A stretch of DNA of 64,000 nt from Perna viridis (lineage: Eukaryota), in assembly GCA_037379345.1 (NCBI GenBank), contig CM074517.1, positions 47,166,577-47,230,576 on the forward strand, in the 5' to 3' direction. This document shows positions 53,001 through 64,000 of this stretch, piece by piece (positions within the stretch are counted from its first letter, which is position 1; each line of letters starts with the position of its first letter). A program made the position numbers and the translations under genes. Below the pieces are notes generated by a model. That model worked only from the letters and a program-made list of their open reading frames with translations. It had not been told where the DNA came from and made no database searches.

Positions 53001-56000
53001 TTCGGTCTACTGTACTTGAGGTTGCCGGTGTACTGGTTGTTTGGCCTGCTGTTTCAGTTGCAGTGGAAGTGGGGGTTTTATCTTCGGAACTTGTGACAGA
53101 TGTAACGGTTGTTTGAGCAGGAGTGCTTGTTGATGAAGCAGTAGATTGTTGGTCAGTTGTAGTTTTTGATGATGCAGTTGTTGTCTGATCTGCTGTACTT
53201 GTTGTTTGTGTAATTGTTGTTTGACCATCAGTACCAGTGGCTGTAGCAGTAGCTGTTTGACTTGGTGTACCTCTGACGTCTGTTACTGTTGTTTGATCTG
53301 GTGAACTTGTGGTGGTCATTTTATCTACTGAACTTGTTGCTCCTACTGTGGCAGTTGATGTTTTGTCTGCAGTAGTAGTCATGGTTACCGTATTTGTTTG
53401 AGGTTGGGTACTTTGTGTATTTGTTTCTGCTGTACTGGTTGATGTAACGACTGAAGTCTGATCTGATGAAGTGGTAGCTCCTACATTTGTAGTTTGATCA
53501 ATTGTACTTGTTGCTGCTACTGTTGCAGTTGATGTGATATCTGCAGTAGTGGTTATGGTTTCCGTAGCTGTTTGTGTTTGGATGTTTTGTGTTGTTGTGG
53601 TTTGATCTGGTGAGGTCGTTGATGTAAGAACTGAAGTTTGATCTGTTGGAGTTGAAGCTTCAGCAGTGGTTGTTTGGTCTACTGTACTTGAGGTTGCCGG
53701 TGTACTGGTTGTTTGGCCTGCTGTTTCAGTTGCAGTGGAAGTGGTGGTTTTATCTTCTGAACTTGTGACAGTTGTAACGGTTGTTTGATCAGGAGTGCTT
53801 GTTGATGAAGCAGTAGATTGTTGGTCAGTTGTAGTTATTGATGATGCAGTTGTTGTCTGATCTGCTGTACTTGTTGTTTGTGTAATTGTTGTTTGACCAT
53901 CAGTACCAGTGGCTGTAGCAGTAGCTGTTTGACTTGGTGTACCTGTGACGTCTGTTACTGTTGTTTGATCTTGTGAACTTGTGGTGGTCATTTTATCTAC
54001 TGAACTTGTTGCTCCTACTGTGGCAGTTGATGTTTTGTCTGCAGTAGTAGTCATGGTTACCGTATTTGTTTGAGGTTGCGTACTTTGTGTAGTTGTTTCT
54101 GCTGTACTGGTTGATGTAACGACTGAAGTCTGATCTGATGAAGTGGTAGCTCCTACATTTGTAGTTTGATCAATTGTACTTGTTGCTGCTACTGTTGCAG
54201 TTGATGTGATATCTGCAGTAGTGGTGATGGTTTCCGTAGCTGTTTGTGTTTGGATGTTTTGTGTTGTTGTGGTTTGATCTGGTGAGGTCGTTGATGTAAG
54301 AACTGAAGTTTGATCTGTTGGAGTTGAAGCTTCAGCAGTGGTTGTTTGGTCTACTGTACTTGAGGTTGCTGGTGTACTGGTTGTTTGGCCTGCTGTTTCA
54401 GTTGCAGTGGAAGTGGTGGTTTTATCTTCGGAACTTGTGACAGTTGTGACGGTTGTTTGATCAGGAGTGCTTGTTGATGAAGCAGTAGATTGTTGGTCAG
54501 TTGTAGTTATTGATGATGCAGTTGTTGTCTGATCTGCTGTACTTGTTGTTTGTGTAATTGTTGCTTGACCATCAGTACCAGTGGCTGTAGCAGTAGCTGT
54601 TTGGCTTGGTGTACCTGTGACGTCTGTTACTGTTGTTTGATCTGGTGAACTTGTGGTGGTCATTTTATCTACTGAACTTGTTGCTCCTACTGTGGCAGTT
54701 GATGTTTTGTCTGCAGTAGTAGTCATGGTTACCGTATTTGTTTGAGGTTGGGTACTTTGTGTAGTTGTTTCTGCTGTACTGGTTGATGTAACGACTGATG
54801 TCTGATCTGATGAAGTGGTAGCTCCTACATTTGTAGTTTGATCAATTGTACTTGTTGCTGCTACTGTTGCAGTTGATGTGATATCTGCAGTAGTGGTGAT
54901 GGTTTCCGTAGCTGTTTGTGTTTGGATGTTTTGTGTTGTTGTGGTTTGATCTGGTGAGGTCGTTGATGTAAGAACTGAAGTTTGATCTGTTGGAGTTGAA
55001 GCTTCTGCAGTGGTTGTTTGGTCTACTGTACTTGAGGTTGCTGGTGTACTGGTTGTTTGGCCTGCTGTTTCAGTTGCAGTGGAAGTGGGGGTTTTATCTT
55101 CGGAACTTGTGACAGATGTAACGGTTGTTTGAGCAGGAGTGCTTGTTGATGAAGCAGTAGATTGTTGGTCAGTTGTAGTTTTTGATGATGCAGTTGTTGT
55201 CTGATCTGCTGTACTTGTTGTTTGTGTAATTGTTGTTTGACCATCAGTACCAGTGGCTGTAGCAGTAGCTGTTTGACTTGGTGTACCTCTGACGTCTGTT
55301 ACTGTTGTTTGATCTGGTGAACTTGTGGTGGTCATTTTATCTACTGAACTTGTTGCTCCTACTGTGGCAGTTGATGTTTTGTCTGCAGTAGTAGTCATGG
55401 TTACCGTATTTGTTTGAGGTTGGGTACTTTGTGTATTTGTTTCTGCTGTACTGGTTGATGTAACGACTGAAGTCTGATCTGATGAAGTGGTAGCTCCTAC
55501 ATTTGTAGTTTGATCAATTGTACTTGTTGCTGCTACTGTTGCAGTTGATGTGATATCTGCAGTAGTGGTTATGGTTTCCGTAGCTGTTTGTGTTTGGATG
55601 TTTTGTGTTGTTGTGGTTTGATCTGGTGAGGTCGTTGATGTAAGAACTGAAGTTTGATCTGTTGGAGTTGAAGCTTCAGCAGTGGTTGTTTGGTCTACTG
55701 TACTTGAGGTTGCCGGTGTACTGGTTGTTTGGCCTGCTGTTTCAGTTGCAGTGGAAGTGGTGGTTTTATCTTCGGAACTTGTGACAGTTGTAACGGTTGT
55801 TTGATCAGGAGTGCTTGTTGATGAAGCAGTAGATTGTTGGTCAGTTGTAGTTATTGATGATGCAGTTGTTGTCTGATCTGCTGTACTTGTTGTTTGTGTA
55901 ATTGTTGTTTGACCATCAGTACCAGTGGCTGTAGCAGTAGCTGTTTGACTTGGTGTACCTGTGACGTCTGTTACTGTTGTTTGATCTTGTGAACTTGTGG

Positions 56001-59000
56001 TGGTCATTTTATCTACTGAACTTGTTGCTCCTACTGTGGCAGTTGATGTTTTGTCTGCAGTAGTAGTCATGGTTACCGTATTTGTTTGAGGTTGCGTACT
56101 TTGTGTAGTTGTTTCTGCTGTACTGGTTGATGTAACGACTGAAGTCTGATCTGATGAAGTGGTAGCTCCTACATTTGTAGTTTGATCAATTGTACTTGTT
56201 GCTGCTACTGTTGCAGTTGATGTGATATCTGCAGTAGTGGTGATGGTTTCCGTAGCTGTTTGTGTTTGGATGTTTTGTGTTGTTGTGGTTTGATCTGGTG
56301 AGGTCGTTGATGTAAGAACTGAAGTTTGATCTGTTGGAGTTGAAGCTTCAGCAGTGGTTGTTTGGTCTACTGTACTTGAGGTTGCTGGTGTACTGGTTGT
56401 TTGGCCTGCTGTTTCAGTTGCAGTGGAAGTGGTGGTTTTATCTTCGGAACTTGTGACAGTTGTGACGGTTGTTTGATCAGGAGTGCTTGTTGATGAAGCA
56501 GTAGATTGTTGGTCAGTTGTAGTTATTGATGATGCAGTTGTTGTCTGATCTGCTGTACTTGTTGTTTGTGTAATTGTTGCTTGACCATCAGTACCAGTGG
56601 CTGTAGCAGTAGCTGTTTGGCTTGGTGTACCTGTGACGTCTGTTACTGTTGTTTGATCTGGTGAACTTGTGGTGGTCATTTTATCTACTGAACTTGTTGC
56701 TCCTACTGTGGCAGTTGATGTTTTGTCTGCAGTAGTAGTCATGGTTACCGTATTTGTTTGAGGTTGGGTACTTTGTGTAGTTGTTTCTGCTGTACTGGTT
56801 GATGTAACGACTGATGTCTGATCTGATGAAGTGGTAGCTCCTACATTTGTAGTTTGATCAATTGTACTTGTTGCTGCTACTGTTGCAGTTGATGTGATAT
56901 CTGCAGTAGTGGTTATGGTTTCCGTAGCTGTTTGTGTTTGGATGTTTTGTGTTGTTGTGGTTTGATCTGGTGAGGTCGTTGATGTAAGAACTGAAGTTTG
57001 ATCTGTTGGAGTTGAAGCTTCTGCAGTGGTTGTTTGGTCTACTGTACTTGAGGTTGCTGGTGTACTGGTTGTTTGGCCTGCTGTTTCAGTTGCAGTGGAA
57101 GTGGGGGTTTTATCTTCAGAACTTGTGACAGTTGTAACGGTTGTTTGATCAGGAGTGCTTGTTGAAGAAGCAGTAGATTGTTGGTCAGTTGTAGTTATTG
57201 ATGATGCAGTTGTTGTCTGATCTGCTGTACTTGTTGTTTGTGTAATTGTTGTTTGACCATCAGTACCAGTGGCTGTAGCAGTAGCTGTTTGACTTGGTGT
57301 AACTCTGACGTCTGTTACTGTTGTTTGATCTTGTGAACTTGTGGTGGTCATTTTATCTACTGAACTTGTTGCTCCTACTGTGGCAGTTGATGTTTTGTCT
57401 GCAGTAGTAGTCATGGTTACCGTATTTGTTTGAGGTTGGGTACTTTGTGTAGTTGTTTCTGCTGTACTGGTTGATGTAACGACTGAAGTCTGATCTGATG
57501 AAGTGGTAGCTCCTACATTTGTAGTTTGATCAATTGTACTTGTTGCTGCTACTGTTGCAGTTGATGTGATATCTGCAGTAGTGGTGATGGTTTCCGTAGC
57601 TGTTTGTGTTTGGATGTTTTGTGTTGTTGTGGTTTGATCTGGTGAGGTCGTTGATGTAAGAACTGAAGTTTGATCTGTTGGAGTTGAAGCTTCTGCAGTG
57701 GTTGTTTGGTCTACTGTACTTGAGGTTGCTGGTGTACTGGTTGTTTGGCCTGCTGTTTCAGTTGCAGTGGAAGTGGTGGTTTTATCTTCGGAACTTGTGA
57801 CAGTTGTAACGGTTGTTTGATCAGGAGTGCTTGTTGATGAAGCAGTAGATTGTTGGTCAGTTGTAGTTATTGATGATGCAGTTGTTGTCTGATCTGCTGT
57901 ACTTGTTGTTTGTGTAATTGTTGTTTGACCATCAGTACCAGTGGCTGTAGCAGTAGCTGTTTGACTTGGTGTACCTGTGACGTCTGTTACTGTTGTTTGA
58001 TCTTGTGAACTTGTGGTGGTCATTTTATCTACTGAACTTGTTGCTCCTACTGTGGCAGTTGATGTTTTGTCTGCAGTAGTAGTCATGGTTACCGTATTTG
58101 TTTGAGGTTGGGTACTTTGTGTAGTTGTTTCTGCTGTACTGGTTGATGTAACGACTGATGTCTGATCTGATGAAGTGGTAGCTCCTACATTTGTAGTTTG
58201 ATCAATTGTACTTGTTGCTGCTACTGTTGCAGTTGATGTGATATCTGCAGTAGTGGTGATGGTTTCCGTAGCTGTTTGTGTTTGGATGTTTTGTGTTGTT
58301 GTGGTTTGATCTGGTGAGGTCGTTGATGTAAGAACTGAAATTTGATCTGTTGGAGTTGAAGCTTCAGCAGTGGTTGTTTGGTCTACTGTACTTGAGGTTG
58401 CTGGTGTACTGGTTGTTTGGCCTGCTGTTTCAGTTGCAGTGGAAGTGGTGGTTTTATCTTCGGAACTTGTGACAGTTGTGACGGTTGTTTGATCAGGAGT
58501 GCTTGTTGATGAAGCAGTAGATTGTTGGTCAGTTGTAGTTATTGATGATGCAGTTGTTGTCTGATCTGCTGTACTTGTTGTTTGTGTAATTGTTGTTTGA
58601 CCATCAGTACCAGTGGCTGTAGCAGTAGCTGTTTGACTTGGTGTACCTGTGACGTCTGTTACTGTTGTTTGATCTGGTGAACTTGTGGTGGTCATTTTAT
58701 CTACTGAACTTGTTGCTCCTACTGTGGCAGTTGATGTTTTGTCTGCAGTAGTAGTCATGGTTACCGTATTTGTTTGAGGTTGGGTACTTTGTGTAGTTGC
58801 TTCGGCTGTACTGGTTGATGTAACGACTGAAGTCTGATCTGATGAAGTGGTAGCTCCTACATTTGTAGTTTGATCAATTGTACTTGTTGCTGCTACTGTT
58901 GCAGTTGATGTGATATCTGCAGTAGTGGTTATGGTTTCCGTAGCTGTTTGTGTTTGGATGTTTTGTGTTGTTGTGGTTTGATCTGGTGAGGTCGTTGATG

Positions 59001-62000
59001 TAAGAACTGAAGTTTGATCTGTTGGAGTTGAAGCTTCTGCAGTGGTTGTTTGGTCTACTGTACTTGAGGTTGCCGGTGTACTGGTTGTTTGGCCTGCTGT
59101 TTCAGTTGCAGTGGAAGTGGTGGTTTTATCTTCGGAACTTGTGACAGTTGTGACGGTTGTTTGATCAGGAGTGCTTGTTGATGAAGCAGTAGATTGTTGG
59201 TCAGTTGTAGTTATTGATGATGCAGTTGTTGTCTGATCTGCTGTACTTGTTGTTTGTGTAATTGTTGCTTGACCATCAGTACCAGTGGCTGTAGCAGTAG
59301 CTGTTTGACTTGGTGTACCTGTGACGTCTGTTACTGTTGTTTGATCTTGTGAACTTGTGGTGGTCATTTTATCTATTGAACTTGTTGCTCCTACTGTGGC
59401 AGTTGATGTTTTGTCTGCAGTAGTAGTCATGGTTACCGTATTTGTTTGAGGTTGGGTACTCTGTGTAGTTGTTTCTGCTGTACTGGTTGATGTAACGACT
59501 GAAGTCTGATCTGATGAAGTGGTAGCTCCTGCATTTGTAGTTTGATCAATTGTACTTGTTGCTGCTACTGTTGCAGTTGATGTGATATCTGCAGTAGTGG
59601 TTATGGTTTCCGTAGCTGTTTGTGTTTGGATGTTTTGTGTTGTTGTGGTTTGATCTGGTGAGGTCGTTGATGTAAGAACAGAAGTTTGATCTGTTGGAGT
59701 TGAAGCTTCTGCAGTGGTTGTTTGGTCTACTGTACTTGAGGTTGCTGGTGTACTGGTTGTTTGGCCTGCTGTTTCAGTTGCAGTGGAAGTGGTGGTTTTA
59801 TCTTCTGTATTTCTGACAGTTGTGACGGTTGTTTGATCAGGAGTGCTTGTTGATGAAGCAGTAGATTGTTGGTCAGTTGTAGTTATTGATGATGCAGTTG
59901 TTGTCTGATCTGCTGTACTTGTTGTTTGTGTAATTGTTGTTTGACCATCAGTACCAGTGGCTGTAGCAGTAGCTGTTTGACTTGGTGTACCTGTGACGTC
60001 TGTTACTGTTGTTTGATCTGGTGAACTTGTGGTGGTCATTTTATCTACTGAACTTGTTGCTCCTACTGTGGCAGTTGATGTTTTGTCTGCAGTAGTAGTC
60101 ATGGTTACCGTATTTGTTTGAGGTTGGGTACTTTGTGTAGTTGTTTCTGCTGTACTGGTTGATGTAACGACTGAAGTCTGATCTGATGAAGTGGTAGCTC
60201 CTACATTTGTAGTTTGATCAATTGTACTTGTTGCTGCTACTGTTGCAGTTGATGTGATATTTGCAGTAGTGGTTATGGTTTCCGTAGCTGTTTGTGTTTG
60301 GATGTTTTGTGTTGTTGTGGTTTGATCTGGTGAGGTCGTTGATGTAAGAACTGAAGTTTGATCTGTTGGAGTTGAAGCTTCAGCAGTGGTTGTTTGGGCT
60401 ACTGTACTTGAGGTTGCCGGTGTACTGGTTGTTTGGCCTCCTGTTTCAGTTGCAGTGGAAGTGGTGGTTTTATCTTCTGAACTTGTGACAGTTGTAACGG
60501 TTGTTTGATCAGGAGTGCTTGTTGATGAAGCAGTAGATTGTTGGTCAGTTGTAGTTATTGATGATGCAGTTGTTGTCTGATCTGCTGTACTTGTTGTTTG
60601 TGTAATTGTTGTTTGACCATCAGTACCAGTGGCTGTAGCAGTAGCTGTTTGACTTGGTGTACCTGTGACGTCTGTTACTGTTGTTTGATCTGGTGATCTT
60701 GTGGTGGTCATTTTATCTACTGAACTTGTTGCTCCTACTGTGGCAGTTGATGTTTTGTCTGCAGTAGTAGTCATAGTTACCGTATTTGTTTGAGGTTGCG
60801 TACTTTGTGTAGTTGCATCTGCTGTACTGGTTGATGTAACGACTGAAGTCTGATCTGATGAAGTGGTAGCTCCTGCATTTGTAGTTTGATCAATTGTACT
60901 TGTTGCTGCTACTGTTGCAGTTGATGTGATATTTGCAGTAGTGGTTATGGTTTCCGTAGCTGTTTGTGTTTGGATGTTTTGTGTTGTTGTGGTTTGATTT
61001 GGTGAGGTCGTTGATGTAAGAACTGAAGTTTGATCGGTTGGAGTTGAAGCTTCTGCAGTGGTTGTTTGGTCTACTGTACTTGATGATGCTGGTGTACTGG
61101 TTGTTTGGCCTCCTGTTACAGTTGCAGTGGAAATGGTGGTTTTATCTTCTGAACTTGTGACAGTTGTAACGGTTGTTTGATCAGGAGTGCTTGTTGATGA
61201 AGCAGTAGATTGTTGGTCAGTTGTAGTTATTGGTGATGCAGTTGTTGTCTGGTCTGCTGTACTTGTTTTTTGTGTAATTGTTGTTTGACCATCAGTACCA
61301 GTGGCTGTAGCAGTAGCTGTTTGACTTGGTGTACCTGTGACGTCTGTTACTATTGTTTGATCTTGTGAACTTGTGTTGGTCATTTTATCTACTGAACTTG
61401 TTGCTCCTACTGTGGCAGTTGATGTTTTATCTGCAGTAGTAGTCATGGTTACCGTATTTGTTTGAGGTTGCGTACTTTGTGTAGTTGCTTTTGCTGTACT
61501 GGTTGATGTAACGACTGAAGTCTGATCTGATGAAGTGGTAGCTCCTACATTTGTAGTTTGATCAATTGTACTTGTTGCTGCTACTGTTGCAGTTGATGTG
61601 ATATCTGCTGTAGTGGTTATGGTTTCCGTAGCTGTTTGTGTTTGGATGTTTTGTGTTGTTGTGGTTTGATCTGGTGTCGTTGATGTAAGAACTGAAGTTT
61701 GATCTGTTGGAGTTGAAGCTTCTGCAGTGGTTGTTTGGTCTACTGTACTTGAGTTTGCCGGTGTACTGGTTGTTTGGTCTGCTGTTACAGTTGCAGTGGA
61801 AATTGTGGTTTTATCTTCTGTATTTCTGACGGTTGTAACGGTTGTTTGATCAGGAGTGCTTGTTGATGAAGTAGTATATTGTTGGTCAGTTGTACTTTTT
61901 TGTGATGATACAGTTGAAACCATGGATGTCGTTGTGACACTTTCTGATGTATATGAGGTTGATGTTGTTGTTGCTTGTAGAGTGTCATAATTGATTGCTG

Positions 62001-62046
62001 TAAGGATCAGTAGGACAGTATACGTTTTCAGTTCGAATTTTTTTAC
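38038..62046 (-). CDS. Giant transmembrane mucin (Thr/Ser tandem-repeat domain + SEA-like + EGF + TM + cytoplasmic tail), ~6800 aa, 5' exon(s) not identified
   Basis: Exons: 62046-42334 (6571 codons; acceptor ...ctttcag, donor gtgagt), 41940-41882 (LEDIFKNATGYSGIVIRNI), 41368-41181 (SVFGNVVSVKYDVCINGTV...), 40613-40517 (EGF: CFMYDYQRTCQNGGVCFVNTDGNPQC), 39774-39568 (RCVSPYTGDVC..., TM IVIPSAVAGGLLLAALVGCCCWLLCC, RRKK stop-transfer), 39256-39138 (tail), and a probable last exon 38105-38038 (GYNKEPDMSLWEMHLQDEIRRA*). Splice phases are mutually consistent. The last exon is less certain because the tail exon can also end at TAG ~39133. Confidence 0.88.
39866..40232. mobile_element. MITE of the same TIR family in a mucin intron
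   Basis: tgtaagaatcaggcaa ... cacccactgcctgattctt inverted termini. Confidence 0.55.
42600..61870 (-). repeat. Coding tandem array, 672-bp (224-aa) unit, ~29 copies
   Basis: Identical motifs recur at multiples of 672 bp (shadow ORFs at 48975, 49647, 53007 and 55023 differ by 672, 3360 and 2016). The reading frame is open throughout. Confidence 0.97.
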
Positions 62047-64000
62047 CTGAAAGTTTAGAAAAATACTAGAAATCGGTTTACGATTGTAGGCGATAAATAA
62101 CAACTAAAATTGGTTATGTGGCAAATTTCCACTAACATTGCTTAGTCGACAAATTACAACTTACTTTGTTCGGGCAACAATTTGCAACCAATATTGTTCA
62201 GACAACAAATTACAACTGACATTATTCAGATAACATATAAAAACCAACACTGTACATGCGACAAACTCCAGAAAACAATTTTCAGGCGACAAACTACAAC
62301 AAACAGTGTGGAACGCAAACTAAAGCTAACACTCTTCAAGCAAAATACATAAGCCTTGGCATTGATTTTTGTATATTTTTCTTTGTCGTTTGACGAACCA
62401 AAATAAAATGACTTCCATGAAGATATATATTTCCAACACCTTAGAATACAACACAGATTATATACAAAGCACTTTGAGACATTTATATACATTCAGTTTC
62501 TGCGCTTGGTGATTAATGATTTTTTTTTTAAAAAATCATGTAAGTAGAAATTTATCGTCATATGTCAACAGGCATTGTTTATTTCGAACTAATCGGATTA
62601 TGTGTTCTGTTAGCTCACTTTTACTCTTTAAAGAGTGGTTTTAATGGTTCATCTTAAAAAGAATATATGCAGCCGAATGTAATTTTTGATAATGATAACA
62701 AAAGGGAAATGATAATTTTATTTTATTTATTTGATCTATAGGTATTTTTAACATCTCAAAGTATTTAATCCCACATTCTAATAATATCTATTGAAACTAT
62801 CATAATATTTGTGCAGTAACCTCAAATAAGTATGAAAATATAAACAATGTTTAGTTACATATCACGTATGTCATATTCAATTTAAACGAAACTATTATAT
62901 GGAACCAAAATGAGAGGATGGTATCTTTTGAATCACATTGCTGACCATCTATACATTCGCCCGTCCAAACATCATTCATTCCATCAAACCGATTATAATT
63001 GCAAATAATCTCGTCTATGAATTGGTGGATTGATTTATAAAATTTTGTTTGTGATTCTGATGTGGTATATGTTGTAAGCGATCTTGTTTGCTGTCTGATA
63101 TCAACTTCTTGCCTAGCAAGACGACGCGTGCCATTTTTAGTATTTTTTCTTTAATGTGTTAAAAAGGAATGCAACAAATAACAATTTTAGTAGTGAAATA
63201 TAGTTCCAAATATGCATTGTATTCCTTAGAATTACTCTACAACAATGATTGGAATTAATGTTTAAATCTCTGTTTATAATTTCGCAGAAAATTTCCTACG
63301 AAATTATAGTTAATTAAAATTAGGTCATTCGAAAGCACTCTATATCAAAACAAAGCACATGTAATAATCAACTTCTTCTAAAGTAACATTTTTCTAAAAA
63401 AAAAGTAATACGTTAATTAAGAAAACGAGTATATACATCTCTGATTTCTGAAAATATATCTTTGCCGCACCATTAGTATTTGGACACTTGATTTTAAGAG
63501 CTTGTATAGTGTTATCAATGATCTTTGATGCGTTTCTTCGTTGATTTACAAGTGAAAACGGTGGTCCATAGTGTATTAATTTTGTTAATTTGTTTGTATT
63601 TAAGACTTAAGATAACCTTTATTGAAATAATCATGACTGGACGAAGGTTATACAATTAAACATATTTGAAGAATTTATTTCCCAACTAAAACTTTCATTC
63701 AGTAGACAACCATTGAATTGATTTAAAATGCAAATTTTAAAGGTAAAAAAATTACTTGACATTTGTAATCCTGATTTATATGAATGAAAAATGCCTATCT
63801 TTTATTCCTTACTTTTATACTCACCGAATAGCGTTATGCTGCTGGCTTGTGTAAGAAGATTATCCTAAATCTTTTTAAGCTTTTAAAGAAGGCATTTGAA
63901 CTCTGTCATATAATGCTTTGATTATTTTTGACTAATGTTATTCAATTAATCTCTACAACATTTATTTACTGAATAAATCAACATTCAAAATATAAGAAAA

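Noticed and set aside
48975-55244. Four 73-aa Gln-rich ORFs (MVKQQLHKQQ...) and the similar ORF at 61785-61988
   Set aside because: They are alternative-frame shadows of the mucin repeat; they appear only where one substitution removes a stop codon.
62047-62103. ORF-track start of the 6596-aa ORF (MLFIAYNRK...)
   Set aside because: It is a non-ATG start lying in a pyrimidine-rich acceptor region; the exon most likely begins at 62046.
62226-63850. Possible upstream mucin exons (open frame ~63150-62855; donor-like gtgagt at ~63825; ORF 62226-62492)
   Set aside because: I could not establish an ATG plus a phase-0 donor joining to 62046; transcript data are needed.

Overview
AT-rich, intron-containing animal genomic DNA; the dispersed repeats resemble those of mytilid bivalves (inference from recall, not a search). 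The window has two main parts. (1) About 7.9-34.9 kb: a tandem cluster of six paralogous four-exon genes for small (~150 aa) secreted proteins built from two thyroglobulin type-1 (Tg1) domains, i.e. thyropin-like. Four copies are intact (+16610-19233, +20531-21952, -23210-25746, +27565-29557) and two are pseudogenes (+7936-8783, -33564-34896). The ORF track misses them because the exons are short; I reconstructed them by hand from GT-AG junctions with consistent phases. (2) About 38.0-62.0 kb, minus strand: a giant membrane-tethered mucin. One 19,713-bp exon holds ~29 tandem 672-bp (224-aa) Thr/Ser-rich units and is followed by SEA-like, EGF, transmembrane and cytoplasmic exons; its first exon was not located. 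The intervening DNA holds many Penelope-like retroelement fragments (two families), a decayed LINE RT, Helentron/HINE-like elements, MITEs, a minisatellite and a partial segmental duplication.
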